DNA of 64,000 bases from Vicugna vicugna (taxonomy: Eukaryota): positions 310,001 to 374,000 of the forward strand of contig MU058531.1 in the NCBI GenBank assembly GCA_013265495.1, in the 5' to 3' direction. The notes beneath the pieces are model-generated. The model searched no databases. It was not told the origin of the DNA and worked only from the letters and a program-made list of their open reading frames with translations. Made by a program: the position numbers and the translations under genes. Positions 47,810 to 61,203 of this stretch are shown here, in pieces. Each line of letters begins with the position of its first letter. The first letter of the stretch is position 1.

Positions 47810-50196
47810 CTCAGGGGATGTTTTATTTCCCAGCTGCACGCTGGTCCCTGGCCCCTCATTCCCAGTTCTGAGAGGTTTCTCTTTGTTGCCCCCACACGGA
47901 TCCTGCAATGGCAGCTCATGGTGTAGGTCCAAGCATGGGTGTCAGTTGAAGCTTGAGATGTTTACTTCTCCCAGCTGTATGATTTTGGAAAAACTGCCTG
48001 AAATTTATAGCCCCCGGGGCTCTCCCTATCAATCTAGGGCCCTAAAATACCTTCTGCTGACTCTACATTTTAAACAAACCAACATGTAAAGGATTTTTTT
48101 CCCCCTACAAGAACTGTTTACTTTTTTGTTCTAATTGTTCTGGTCTGGTGGCCTCTGATCCCTGTCGGTGTGTTACTGTAGTTAATTACTTAGGAGCATC
48201 CATTTCTCATCTTAAACGGTATCATGGTCTATTTTAGCAACTTGCAACAAAGAGTGTGGGCAGATCTACTGCTGCATTAGCATCACTTGGGAGCAGGTTA
48301 GAAATGCAGACCCTCAGGGCCCCAGACCTACGGAATCAGAATCTGCATTTTCACAAGATCCCCAGATAATTCATGATAATAAAGTCTTGAAGTACTGCTG
48401 TAACTTGTATATTGCATCTGAATATCAATTCTTCATTTTTTAATTTAAACAAATTTTTAGCTTTGTTGAGGTATAATTGACAAATAGGATTATAAGACAT
48501 TTAAAGTGTACATGGTGGTGATTTGATATACGCAGGCGCTGTGAAAGGCTTTGCACCACTTAGTTTATTAACACATCTATAACTTAATGTTAATTAGGAA
48601 AAAGTGTCTCCTCTTGGTGGCAGAATTAGGGAAGGAAGGCCATAAAGTCAGAGAAGAGTGAGGGTAATTTCTACCATATTTTTATGCCTTTGGGCAGAGC
48701 ATGAGGGCATGTGGCTTTGATTGGTGCATTCCCCCCCAAGGCCATTCATAGCCCAAATTATGATTAGATGAGTGGGGGGTGGCTGAGAAGACTAAAATAA
48801 GTGAAATTCTACTTTACCAGCAACCTTGTTTTTCAAAGATTCTTTTTAAAACTTCTTTTCACTGGCAGGTTGTGAAATTCTTTCTCCTTCATTTCCTTTC
48901 CATAAAATATTGACAAACTGGAACAAATCTTGATTCTTTTCAGGGCCTTGCAAATCTGGGCCTTCACCTCCTAACTCTGGGTGAAACTCACGTGCACAGA
49001 CTCAAATCCTCACACAGCATTCTTGATTAGCCTTTACTACGTCACTAAGTGGCATGAAATAGATCACGTGAGACATAGCTGAAAGTTTTATGTGAAACAG
49101 ACTTTTGGCGATATAGTTGTGATCTGGTTGTATTTGAAGACAGAAGACAAATATTCGATACTTGGTTTCACCAGGTTAAGTCTTGTATGTCCTTGGACCA
49201 ACCAGTTTTTCCCAAAGACTGGTAACTTTTAACAAAATAACATTCTATGCTTTGGGGTTGGAGCCTAGCAATCTTAATTTTTTTAAAAAAGATTTTCCTA
49301 AGTGACTCTAATGCTTAGCTAGTTTTGAGGACAATTAACAAATTTTAAGCCTCAAATTCTTAATGTGTGAAATGGGAACATTAACTCTTGTTTTAAATGG
49401 TTATTGAGAGCATTATGGAAAATTACACGTGTGAAATGCTTTCTAAAGTGCAGAGCAGCCTAGAGACCTCAGTGGCAGTTTTGATTGTCATGACCTGTTT
49501 GGTGGTTGTGTTACTGAGACAGGACTTCTGGCAGTGTGCAAAGAAATAAAGGAAGTGTAGGCTGAAGTAGAGACTGAGGTCACAGGGCTGGAAACAAATG
49601 GAAGCCATTTCTGTTTTCTACAATGAAGGGTTCCCATCATTCACACCATCTAGGAGGCCAGGATGGTGGAAAAAACCCTACACATAAAGGTGAACTTCTA
49701 GTAAAGGACAGAGCTTACATCCATATGAGGTCTATGTGGCCCTGTGTTCCTCCCTTCTGTTATTTCGTCTTGTCTATCTTGGCTCAAGAAATTGCAGGCA
49801 ATTTGAGGTCAGGGTTTGGGTCTTTCCTTTCCCACAGGAACTCCCATTACAGTTCTGGTTAGAGAGAAGAGTCTCAGCAAATGTTTATTAATGGATTGGT
49901 TACAACTCTTGGACTTCTTTCCATATTAGTAGTTGAAGCCTTTCAAATGACTCAGTTTGGGGATGGGGTTAATTAAGGATATCCTTCTATGACCAGCTCT
50001 ACCCTATCTTGTTACAATTTCCTTATGTTGCATGGAAAAACTCACCATATTCTCTCTGAACATAAACATCAAGATTATGTCCAATTTCTACATGAGACAT
50101 AAGGGGCTAATTGTGTGAGGAGGGTAGGTTTGAAATCCACACTGCTTCTCCTTCCTTTCGGAGCTGGTTTTATAAAAAACACAGCCAAGTAACTTT

Positions 50197-50634
50197 TTTT
50201 CTTTTAATTCTTATTTGTTATTGAACTGTAGTCAATTTACAATGTTAGTGTTAGGTGTATAGCAAAGCAGTTCAATCATACATGTACATACATATATATA
50301 TTTTCAGATTCTTTTCCATTATGGCTCATTACAAGAGATTGTATATAGTTCCCTGCACCATGCAGTAGGTTCTTTTTATTTATTTTATATATAGTAGTGT
50401 GTATGTGTTAATCCCAAACTCCTAATCTATGCCCCCCTTCTTTCCCCCTGGTAACCACAGTTTTTTTTTATGTCTATGAGTCTATTTCTGGTTTGTAAAT
50501 AAAATTTGTATTTTTTTTTTAGATTTCACATATAAGTGACATCGTATGATATTTGTCTTTCTCTGTTTGATTTATTTCACTTAATATGATAATATCTAGG
50601 TCCATATATGTTGCTGCAAATGGCATTAATTAAT
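50197..50634 (-). mobile_element. 5'-truncated L1 3' end
   Basis: TSD GCCAAGT(A/C)ACTTT (50184-50196, 50635-50647). Confidence 0.88.
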
Positions 50635-51550
50635 GCCAAGTCACTTTCAAGTTGAGTCTCTTGTCAAAAGAAGCCAGCTGAGTCAACTTAGTGGGAAACA
50701 ATAAATGGGCCGATGTGGCCAAAGACCACACTTCAACTGGTGTGTTCATTTTCCAACATGTTAACTCATTGCTGTAAAGACATGGTCTCTGACAAACAGA
50801 TTCTATAACTGTGCAGAAGAATGACCCCTAAAAGTCAATTCTGTTGGGAAAAAAAAATCAGTGTAATGGCTATTCACCTACTTCATCCTATTGTTAGAGG
50901 GAGCAATAACAGGTAGTTGGTTGAATCAGTCTTTCTCTTTTTCTTTTTCTTCCCTTCCCTTCCCTTTTTTCTTTTCTTCTTCCCTCCCTCTTTTCCTTCC
51001 TTCCTTTCTTTTTCTTTTTCTCTTTCTTTCTCCTCCCTTCCTTCCTCTCACAATATTGGCCCAGGAGATGTAGAAATGAACTTTACAATATTTTAGGAGT
51101 GTGTCTGTACTTGGCTTCTTGTTAATGAAAGGTGCTTGAATTCTGCTCAAGCTGAGTTTCCTGAGTCTGGGGCTCACCCACAGGCTGAGGGCAGAGGAAA
51201 GGAGAATCGAGTCAAGAAATCAAGATCATAGCTGGGAAACCAAAGCGGGTTTCTACGTGTCTAATCTGAAGGGCCCAACACTGAAGCTTGACCTGATCTA
51301 AAGCAAAAGGATTAACACTTGTGTCAGGAAGGGCTAAGGGAGGAAGTTGGAGAGATTGTAGCATGAAGAGGACGACAGAGTAAGGGGGTGCTGTGGGAAA
51401 GGGTGTGTGTGTGGGAGGGAGGGTTTATGAATTTGCCATGGCTTTGCCTATGGGTAGGTGGGTAGGGGAATGTTGAGGGTGTGAATCTGTTTCTATGGAA
51501 AATGGAGCCAACAGCCAAGCAGAACCCATTCAAAGTATACCTTCAGTTGA

Positions 51551-51848
51551 TGTAAGACAAACTACCAGATATTTATCCAGCAAAGATGACTTTATTTGAG
51601 ATCAGCTGCAACCATAGCAGGTCCCCACAGGGCAAGGGAATGAGAACTGTTTTATAGAGGGGAAAGGAGGTGGGGAGGGCTGTAGGAAACACAGAGTCCG
51701 TGGTTTTCATTGGCTGAGTCCTTGCCAGGAAAGAAGAGGAGTCTTTCTTCTTTCTGTTGGGCTCTGCTGTGGTTACAGAGCATGAGAGCTCCTCCTCCTG
51801 ATCTCTCAAATCTATTTAATTGAGGTTTGAACTTTTTAATTTTTTACA
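51551..51848 (-). mobile_element. Short ERV solo-LTR-like element
   Basis: TG...CA ends; gactttatt (AATAAAGTC on the minus strand), TTTTATAG and ATTGG in LTR-like order on the minus strand. Confidence 0.6.
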
Positions 51849-54319
51849 TTTCAAAGTCAACTTTGGCCTCAAGGAATCTAGCATGGTAATTCCTTGCATT
51901 ACCCCTCAGTTAAGTCTGTAAAATCTGGGGGAGCAAACAGGTACAGGAAGAAAAGAATCATACTACCACCTAGCTGCCAACATGCACAATCCAAAGAATG
52001 GTGCAGAATGTGTGTGTGTGTGTGTTTTCTTCCTTCCTCATAGGGTGCCAGGTTACAGAATCTGCCACTGTTGCATCTTGGGAGTCCCTTCTTTTGCTGG
52101 TTCCCATCTTTTGTCTGTCCCTCTGTAGGCTTTCCTCCTCTTTTTCAACACTTCTGCAAACACCCTTCTTCCCACAGCTCTGGTGTCAAGGCCCCATCTT
52201 CGAGGTGGCTACATGGTTCTCAAGGTCGTGATAATCACTGATTCTGTCCCGGAAGGGTGGGGAGAGGCCCTTGCTGTCTATCAGAGGAGTAGGCTTTAGG
52301 CATTCAGAGTCTTCATAGAGACACTGCTACAGGACCAACAAGCCTTTCTCTTGGTGGGTTCTCATTGCTCAGCTATGATGAGGTTCTCTCTTCACTCTCT
52401 CTTCTCAAAGACCCTCCCCACTAGGAAAGACATGAGAAGAAAAGAAGTGCATGGGGAAGGGGAAGGAAAATACTGTTCTGCATCTTTATGTTGCTGACAA
52501 GTGAACTGGCTGTTACATGGAGGAAAAGGATAGCAATGTTATTATTTGATTCTGACCATAAAAGGTTGAGAAATAGTATTTCCCCAAATTTGAAGCATTT
52601 TTACAAATTGATGTCCCACTATTTTGCCCACTTAGCTCTTATATTGGATTGCTTAAAACCTGTTATAATGAAACCTGAATTTTCTTCAATCATTTAGGGG
52701 GAAGTCTTAACAATTTTTCTTCTGGGGCTTATATGTATGGTAATGTCCCTTTAAAAGGAACTCAAAGGTAGACTGAAACAAACTCCAGACTGAAGTCAAG
52801 GTGAAACAAAGCTTTAGGTTAGGAGGAATTATTCATGGGCTTCATAATTGACAATCCTGTGCAAGATAATTGGAACATCATTTTAGAAACTCCTTGTGAC
52901 TTGATTGAATTTTAGTTGGGTCTCAGCATTTGGGCTAAAGGTACTCAGAATGTACAATTGTGTTTGAAATAAAAGCTAAAGGAATTTTGGGTAAAAATCT
53001 GAAGGTAAAAAACTGTGGACCCTGGTGGGCACAGACATGGGGATAGGAGCTGTTCCAGTACAAATAGTTCACACATATGCTGGCCCATACATTTTAGAGA
53101 AATTCTCTTTACAGAGGAAAAAGAACTAAAGGAATTTTGCATTGGAATATCAGAAGAGTATGTATTATGGCCAGGAAATAATCAATATGACTGTTGCCTC
53201 TTCCCTCCAGTCTACCCCTGGCAGACATTAATTATCAGGACTCACTTTTCCACGGAGCCTACAGTTGGTCTTGCTTTGATATCTGAGATACAACTTACTT
53301 CCTCTCCTTGATTTAGTTTGTCACCAACGAAGCCTCTCTGGTGGACTTGAAAAGAATCAAGAGAAGCATTCTAAAATGTCATAGGAAGAGAAAGAGAAGA
53401 GAAGGTACAAAGAAAGTCTTACTCTAAGTCAGATGTAATTCTCTGACATGGCTGATTGGATATTATTTATGCTTAACTTAATGAAACTGCTTCTGGAATC
53501 ATTAAACTAGGGCCCCAGCTGAAAACCAAAGTTGCTAAATCCTCCCACAATTCTAGAGAGAGCTGCAAACGAACAGCCTGGAGCTGAAGTCAGAAACCTC
53601 CATACAGGGTTTGTTTATGAAGAAATAGTCAAATCAGCGCCATTACCACGAATCACTGCCTGCCTGCTCTGTGAAGGAAGCTTGGGGGAGGGAGAGAGTC
53701 ACCATAGTTCTCTGGGATTTGGGGAAATTTTCCTTCTCCTCCCGATACACAAGGAGGCGGGGCTCCAGGAGAGTCATCTGTAAAGATAGTAGGTGTTTTC
53801 GACAAGTGAAGACTGCCTTACTTTTTTTTCTCATTTTGACAACTTGTTCCTGGGCTTCCGTGCCTGTCTGAGCAGGGGAATGAGAACTGTAGTGAAGAGG
53901 TGGGTCAGAGAGATGGGACAGCAATAGGGCACTTGCATGCTGACACCTGGCATGTCAAGGAAACAAGAGTTTCCCAAGGGTTGGAAGGATACAACTGAAG
54001 GTAGCTTGGCCCAGTGTGTGTATCTTCACCAAGGAGGAAGGCTTTCTGGGTACAGGGACCTCAGTTGGAAAAAGTTGTGACATTGACTGCTGGTGGGAGA
54101 TACTGGAGAAGTGATGAAAGAGGTTGAGAGTCAAATTTCCCATGTCTGGAAACTCTGCAGTGGTCCTCCCGGAAGCCTGGCGAGGACTCCACAATATACG
54201 CTCATTTGGAAGCCGACTACACAGAAGACACTGATGGTCAGGGAGTGTTAGTGTAAGAAGAGAAAATCAACAAGAACAGAGATGAGACCTCCCTCATATA
54301 TGTGAGAAGACATTTTCCA

Positions 54320-54855
54320 TTGTGGTAGCAACCTTCCGGAAGCCCACAGTACTCCTCACCTCCTAGTAATCAGTCATAGTCTTGTGTAGTCCTCCCTGCA
54401 TGGGAGCAGAGCTGGTCTGTGTGACCAGCAGAATATTGTGGAAGAAACAAGGTGAGACTTGCTGGGCTGCCTTATAAAATACATGATAGCATCCACCTTG
54501 GTTTCTTGGATGGCTTTATTCTGCAGGAGCCAGCGGCCATGCTGTGAGGATGTCGAAGTAGCACTGCACAGAGGCCCGTGGAGAGAGGAACTGAGGCCTC
54601 CCGCCAGCAACCAGCACCAACCTGCCAGTCATACGAGTGAGCCACCTGGAAAGTGGGTCTTCCAGCCTGAGTCTAGCTGTCAAGTGACTGCAGCCCCAGT
54701 CAACTTCTGACTGCCACCTCCTGCGTTATGCTCAGCCGGAAATACTCAGCTGGATGGCTCCTGAATTCCTGTTCCACAGAAACTCTAAAAGATAATATAT
54801 GGAATTATTATTGTTTTAATTTGTTATGGTGGTAATTGGTTTTGCAGTCATAACA
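54320..54855 (+). mobile_element. MaLR LTR (MLT1 family)
   Basis: gagccagcggccatgctgtgagg...gaggaactgaggcctcccgccagcaaccagcaccaac. Confidence 0.75.
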
Positions 54856-57800
54856 GCTCACTTCCCATCCCTCTGTCCTGCCTTAGCAAAGGAGGAGTTA
54901 GAATCTAGAAGAGGGAGGGGGGAAGTGTGTACCCAGTGAGACACCTCGGGCCACTCAAGTCTAACCAGCAGTGGGATGAAGAAAAGGTTTTGAATGGGAT
55001 ATAATGTTAAACTGGACCAAAAAGCTATAGAATCTTCCTAAAATGACATTATTGGATGAGAAATAGGAATTTTACATAACATAATTGGGAAAATTATTTG
55101 GTAAAAAAAATCTTGTCATGTGTCTACTTCAGTGAGGTAAAATGCCTCAGTAAACCACGTACAGATTAAGATTTTTTAAAAAAGCATAATTGAATGGAAA
55201 CATTTTCTCTATTCTGTCAACCATGACTCTAGCCAGCTGGGGGCTGTGGTCCCTGATCACTGGCACCTGAGCTACAGAACTATCCCTCCAGAGTAAGGAA
55301 ATCGTGAAGTGCCCAGTTCTGCAACCCCCAACTTACATAACAAGTATCAGAAGGCGTTACCTCTAAAAGGAGCCCTCCTCTCTGGACCTGTCATACATAC
55401 AGAGATATAGAAATATGGAAAGTCAGTACCAGTTTATAGACACTTTTCTATATCGTGAAGATGCTCTGACATCGTTTTGATTATTCTAACCAGTGTGAGG
55501 CATGGTGATAGATGGTGTGAACATGTGTGTGGTGCTCTGGGTAGCTAATCTAATCATCTAACCTTGCTATCAAGGGCACGGGGAAATTGGCCAATATGAT
55601 ATGGAGATGCATAATGTTTACCTTTTGGAAAAAAATGATGGGTTATATAATTTCCATATCTTTGAGAGGAAGAATGTGGAGTAAGTAGTCTTTTAAGATA
55701 AACTTCTAGAAATTACTGGAGACAAGTTTGGACTTGGTGGCAACCTGCAGTGAAGATTTCAATCTGTGTTGAGTAATGGTGAAGTCAGGGTCATTCTATT
55801 TTTTTTGTAAACAATATAAACTCTTTCCTTTCTTGCAAGACTGTCACTGTGCCCCTGAGCCTCCTGAAACATCACCTAGGAGACTTCCCATACGGTGATA
55901 TGAAAAGATTTCCCTTGGTGTGAACTGTGCACAATATCCATGGACCATAAGATGTTCTGGGACCACAGAGGTTTGGGATGTTCCAGCTCTGCTGTGGATG
56001 GATGGATGGTGTATCCAAGGTGGGGAAGAGCCCTGGGCATCAGTTACTATTACATTCATTTATTTGGTATCTCTGTATCCATCCACTATATTAATGAAAC
56101 AACTACCAATTTACCGTTTTGTTTTTTTTTTTGGTCTTTTTCAATCAGACAGTATAAGACGCAAGGAAGGGAGAGATTGCGATGAAAACAACTCCATTGG
56201 AGAAAACCTGTGAGGTTAAGTAATTTTCAGAGGGGCTTTGTATCATCAGAAAGATTGCTTTCCTTCGAAGCATCTGAATTACACCTGGGAGACCTTGCTC
56301 ACATCTCTGAGTGGTGCTTGAGTTGAACCCCAGACTGTAATTTTCTCAAAAGCAATTACTAATAAAGGGCCTATTGAAGAGGTAATGAAACTGTTTATCA
56401 TCACAAAAACACTTTCCACCAGGCATGATGGAAACACTTGCTGGGTTGGGTGGGGTGCTTTATTTTGTTTGTTTTTAGTCTCCTTGAGACTATTCCTACC
56501 CAGCCAGGGAAATCGGAAGTAGAGGCAAAAATCTGAAATGAACAAGACCAAAAGGTTCTGTTGTTGAAGACATATTGACATTATGATTTTTTTCCTGAGT
56601 GATCCGGGCCCACTAGCTACACTAACACATCAAGTGCTCTCAGTCTCTTGGTGCCCTGAAAGCAGGCATGCCAAGACCGCTCGTGTAGCATAGGATTAGA
56701 ATGGAGTGTAAACTTCTAAAGGTGACCTGGTCAGCGCTGGTCACGCCAGACCTGTCATGCCTTTCATTCTGCAGCCTCTGAGTCTAGGAGTACATTTCTC
56801 TGGGTCTCAGTCATACCTGGGTTTGAGTCCTATCTCTACCACTTCCAGTGTGACCTTAGGTGAATTAATTAACTTCTAGAAGACTTGATTTCTTTATCTG
56901 TAAAATAGAGAAAATAATAGTTAAGAATAGCACTCATTTTATCAGACATTGTGAGGATTAAACAAATTAATGCATGTAATGGGCCTGGCACACAGACTAG
57001 GCTCAGTAGATGAAGGTCATTATTTATCAAATGAGGAGGTTGGAGTAGTCTCTGGGTCTCAAATTGAATGGGCATACTACCTGGGGAAATTGTTTAAAAA
57101 ATGTATTCGGGGGCTTATTTCCTAAAGATTTTGATGGAGTAGGTCCAGGAATCTGCATTTAACCAGTTCCCAGATGATTCCGTTGCAGGTGTTTGCAGGC
57201 ACACTGGGAACTATCGGAGCAAATGCATCATGTCCCAGAGCCCTCTTACAGCTCGGAGGCTCTTAGACTCCAATCCCAGGTACGGAAAAGAGGAAGTTAA
57301 GTTGTGATTAAAAATGAGTCCCAGGCAAGGCGCTGAGGGCAGTAGGATTGTGGTTTGATGGAGAAGTGGAGGTGGGAAGACAGGAGCTAGCCACAGGCAT
57401 GGGGAAAGGTTATTCTTGTGTGCTTGTGCATGGCAGCGCAGAGGCTGCGGTATTTATTAGGGGCAGCTGTCAAGTTTCAGGCCAGGGCTCATTAGGACTT
57501 GGATTATAGTGGCAGCCATCAGAACAGAAAACCAGCAACAACATCACAAGGGAATTTTGAGTAACTGTTCGCTGCATTTTAAGAGGTGCTCAAGCCCAGC
57601 TTTGGGGAATGGCAGAGAACCGACATTGCTGTAAACACAGACATTTTACCAGTAGACAGCGAATAGGGACTTTGCTTCAGAGCAATAAAACAAAGTATGC
57701 ACGACTGATAATTGTTGAAAAGGTTCATATTTAAGCATATCTCTTTCACCTCTTCAGTGGTGGTGGAGGGCACACCTGGACCCTGGGTGCAAAATACTAG

Positions 57801-58879
57801 ATTTGTTCTTCTTCCCCTAGGCTCTGTTTTCAGTCTCAAAATTTTTGCCCAACACAACACATAAATTGAAACAGTGGGAAGACAGTGGAGAAGGTCTCTG
57901 ACATGCCATTGGGAGCCCAGCCTGTGGATATACCTTTTGCCCCAGCTTGCTTGGTACCAGCTGGGGGGAGAGTGATGCTGATGACCCCGTGCCTTCAGTC
58001 TGTTCTCTCTGCTGCGGACGCTGGCTCCACCCCCGAGAGTGGAAAGCTGAGCAGCTGTGAGGCCAGGGTACCTAGTTAACTCCTATTTGCTTCCGGGATT
58101 TCTTAGGTGTGGTATAGAAAGGGCGTGAGGGGAAATCCATGAGGACAAATGGGTTTTTGAAAAGGAAGATGGGTACTAAGTTTTGATTGCTACACACCAC
58201 AGCAGCCCTTTAACTGCCTCTGGGAACATGCTATTCTAGAAAAAAATAAGAAGACTTCATTGGTACTGATTTTTTACTCCAACACAGCATTGCAACCTTG
58301 TAATTTCTCTTAAATGCCCTATTTCTCTTGTTCCATCATGGCCAAGATGTTTAGAGAGCTTCATTGTATTTGTGACTCATATTTTCCAGTTTTTAACTGA
58401 ATTTGCTTTTAATCTGGCCAGGGACTTCTTCAAGCCAGCTTAGTTACTACTTCATAGCAAACCTCTGTGTAACGCTTTCCCTGTACCCTAATCCCTTCCT
58501 GCCTTTTCAATTCACAGTACATTGCTAAACAGTCTCATTTTCTGGTTTGCTTCTTGGGTTCTGCTTTTACTATTACTGTTTTTCAGGGAGATCTTTGGAG
58601 TAGAGGAGTAGTGGGTCAGGTGAGGTAGATAATCACTTTTCAACGTGGCTTTGTTGAGCAGTCACATGGGCCTTCCACTACTGTGAGTTTTTCTTTTCTT
58701 TGAAGTGTAAGTGATTATTTCAAATTCTGAAATCTACAAATCTGCAAATGTAAAGTTAGTGTTCTTCATATTAATAAAAAAAAAGTACACCTTAATACAT
58801 GTTCGTCATGAGCAAATGTAGAGAAAACGGAGTGTCAGGCTCCCTCCGCAGATGTCAGTGCCCAGCAGTGCTTAGCAGT

Positions 58880-59169
58880 GCTATCCCGCATGCGCAGTAC
58901 CCTTGTGTTGTTATGTAAAGGTGACTTGCGCTGCGCAAGCGCAATGGGTAGCCCACGTGATTCGCGTAGTTGGCTAGGTGCCGGCTTTCGCCTTGCTATA
59001 TAAGGCGGGCGGGACGTGGCTGCCGCGGTCCACCGCCATCGCAGTCCGGTGTGGCCGCTCCGCAGTAACAGCGTGTCAGATACCTCCGGCTCCGCCCGTG
59101 TTCTCCGGTCTGTCCGAATCCGCGAACCTGCCAGCCCGCCGGCGTCTCGAGCGCCGGCAATACAGCAAG
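58880..59169 (+). promoter_or_regulatory. CpG-rich promoter plus putative non-coding first exon of an unidentified transcript
   Basis: The only strongly CpG-dense stretch in the window. NRF1-like CGCATGCGCA 58887-58896 and TGCGCAAGCGCA 58932-58943, E-box CACGTGA 58954-58960, TATATAA 58997-59003, GGCGGGA 59008-59014, splice donor AAG|GTAAAG at 59169/59170. Confidence 0.72.
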
Positions 59170-59218
59170 GTAAAGTGACAGATACCTCGTACCTTATCTG
59201 TTTGAACCCTTCAAGAAC

Positions 59219-60512
59219 TTAATGAGATAGCTGTTACCCCCTTTAGTGGGAAGAGAAACTGGCTCAGAAAAGGTAGCTACTTGACGGTCGGGCCGGGCCG
59301 TTCAAGGTGGCTGTTCTCGGGCTCTCTGGATATCCTCCGCTAGACCAGGCCCTGCTTCACTCACATGACTATCCAATCTTCTTAATTACAGGGCTTAATC
59401 AGTAACTCCCTACTTGCTTGGCTCCCCCCGCCCCACCCCACTGGTTTCCCTGGTAACTGATGAGCCTACCTGATGTCAATACCCCCTGTAAACGGAGCAG
59501 TAGTAAGGACTGCTGCCGTGGCGGGCCAGCCTGCCTGCCGGCCGTCCATCTACAGTGGGTTGTCGCTCCAGGACCTGTGTTTTAGGCGTGTAAAATCCCC
59601 TGTCCTGTACACTGTTGATGTATCTGTCTCTGCCGGCTCTTTCTTCCGTCTCCTGGCTGGGCAACTCCAAGACTTGCAGCCCAATGGATACTTTATCTAA
59701 GGTAAGTGGCAAAGCAGACACATCTATTTTTGTACCTTTTTAAAAGATTGAAGTATAGTGGATTTACAATATTGTGTTAATTTCAACTGTACAGTAAAGT
59801 GATTCAGTTATATGCTTTCATATTTTCATTGTAGGTTATTACAAGATATTGAATATAGTTCTCTGTGCTATGCCGTAAATCCTTGTTGCTAATCTGTTTT
59901 ATGTATAGTAGTTTGTATCTATTAATCCCATACTTCTAATCCCTCCCTTCACCTTTGGCAATTTTGTAAATTTGTTTTCTGTGAGTCTGTTTTGCATATT
60001 ATCTTTTAAATTCGACGTATAAATGATATATAATACTTGTTTTCCTTTGTCTGACTTACTTCATTTAGAATGATAATCTCTAGGTCCATCTGTGTTGCTG
60101 CAAATGGCAATATTTCATTCGTTTTTATGGCTGAGTAGTAGTCCTGTATGCGTGTGCGTGCACGCACATGCTTTGAAAATTTAATGAGATAGCTGTTACT
60201 TCCATTTAGTAGGAAGAGAAACAGGTTCAGAAAAGGTAGATACTTGACGGTCAGGCCGTTCAAGGTGGCTGTTCTCAGGCTCTCTGGATAGCCTCTGCTC
60301 GACCAGGCCTGCTTTATTCACATGACTATCCAATCTTCTTAATTATAGGGCTTAATCAGTAGCTGCCTACTTGCTTGGCTCCCTGTGCCCTGCCCTCACT
60401 GTTTTCCCTGGTAACTGATGAGCCAGTCTGATGTCAATCCCTCTATAAATGGTAGCTTTCCTCTCCAAGGAGTGGTAGTGAGGATTGCTGCCATGGCTGG
60501 CTGGCCTGCCTG
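59219..60512 (+). repeat. Diverged direct repeat, ~320-330 bp (59219-59537 and 60181-60512)
   Basis: Both copies start ttaatgagatagctgttac and share cacatgactatccaatcttcttaatta and ttccctggtaactgatgagcc. Confidence 0.95.
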
Positions 60513-61203
60513 ATGTCAGTTCCCTTTTAGGGCTCTTTTTTCTCCACAGCCTCTCGGCATTTATTATTTGTAGACTTTCTGACTGGTGTGAAATGATACC
60601 TGCTTATGATTTGCATTTCTCTAATAGGGAAGTTGAGCATCTGTTTATGTACCTGTTGGCCAACAGTATGTCTTCTTTGGAGAGCTGTCTATTTAGGTCT
60701 CATGCCCAATTTTTGATAGGTTTTTTTTTTGATATTGAGTTGTATGAGCTGTTTTTATATTTTGGATTTTAATCCCTTGTTGCCTTTTGTTGATGTTTTC
60801 CTTTGCTCTGCAAAAGCTTTTAAATGATTAGGTCCCATTAATTTATTTTTGCTTTTAATTCTTTTGCCTTGGGAGATTGGACTTAAAAAAATATTGGTAT
60901 GATTTATGTCCAAGAATGTTTTACCTGTGTTCTGTTCTAGGAGTTTTATGGTGTCATATCTTATATTTAGGTCTTTAAACCACTTCGAGTTTAATTTTCT
61001 GTATGGTGTGAGGTTGTGTTCAAATTTCACTGATGTACATGTAGCTGTCCAGCTTTTTCACCACTTGCTGAAGAGACTGTCTTTTCTTCATTGTTATGTC
61101 CTTGCCTTCTTTGTCATAGATTGAATCTAGGTTTGTGGTTTTATTTCTGTGCTCTCTATTCTATTCCATTGATCTCTCTGTTTTTTTGTACCAATACCAC
61201 AGT
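59736..61203 (-). mobile_element. L1 3' portion interrupted by a copy of neighbouring sequence (60181-60512)
   Basis: ORF2 remnants LTPYRKLNSKWFKDLNIRYDTIKLLE and YYSAIKTNEILPFAATQMDLEIIIL. Confidence 0.9.

Noticed and set aside
58978..59222. Short ORFs across the CpG-rich promoter
   Set aside because: GTG starts, GC-rich stop-poor sequence and no recognisable homology.
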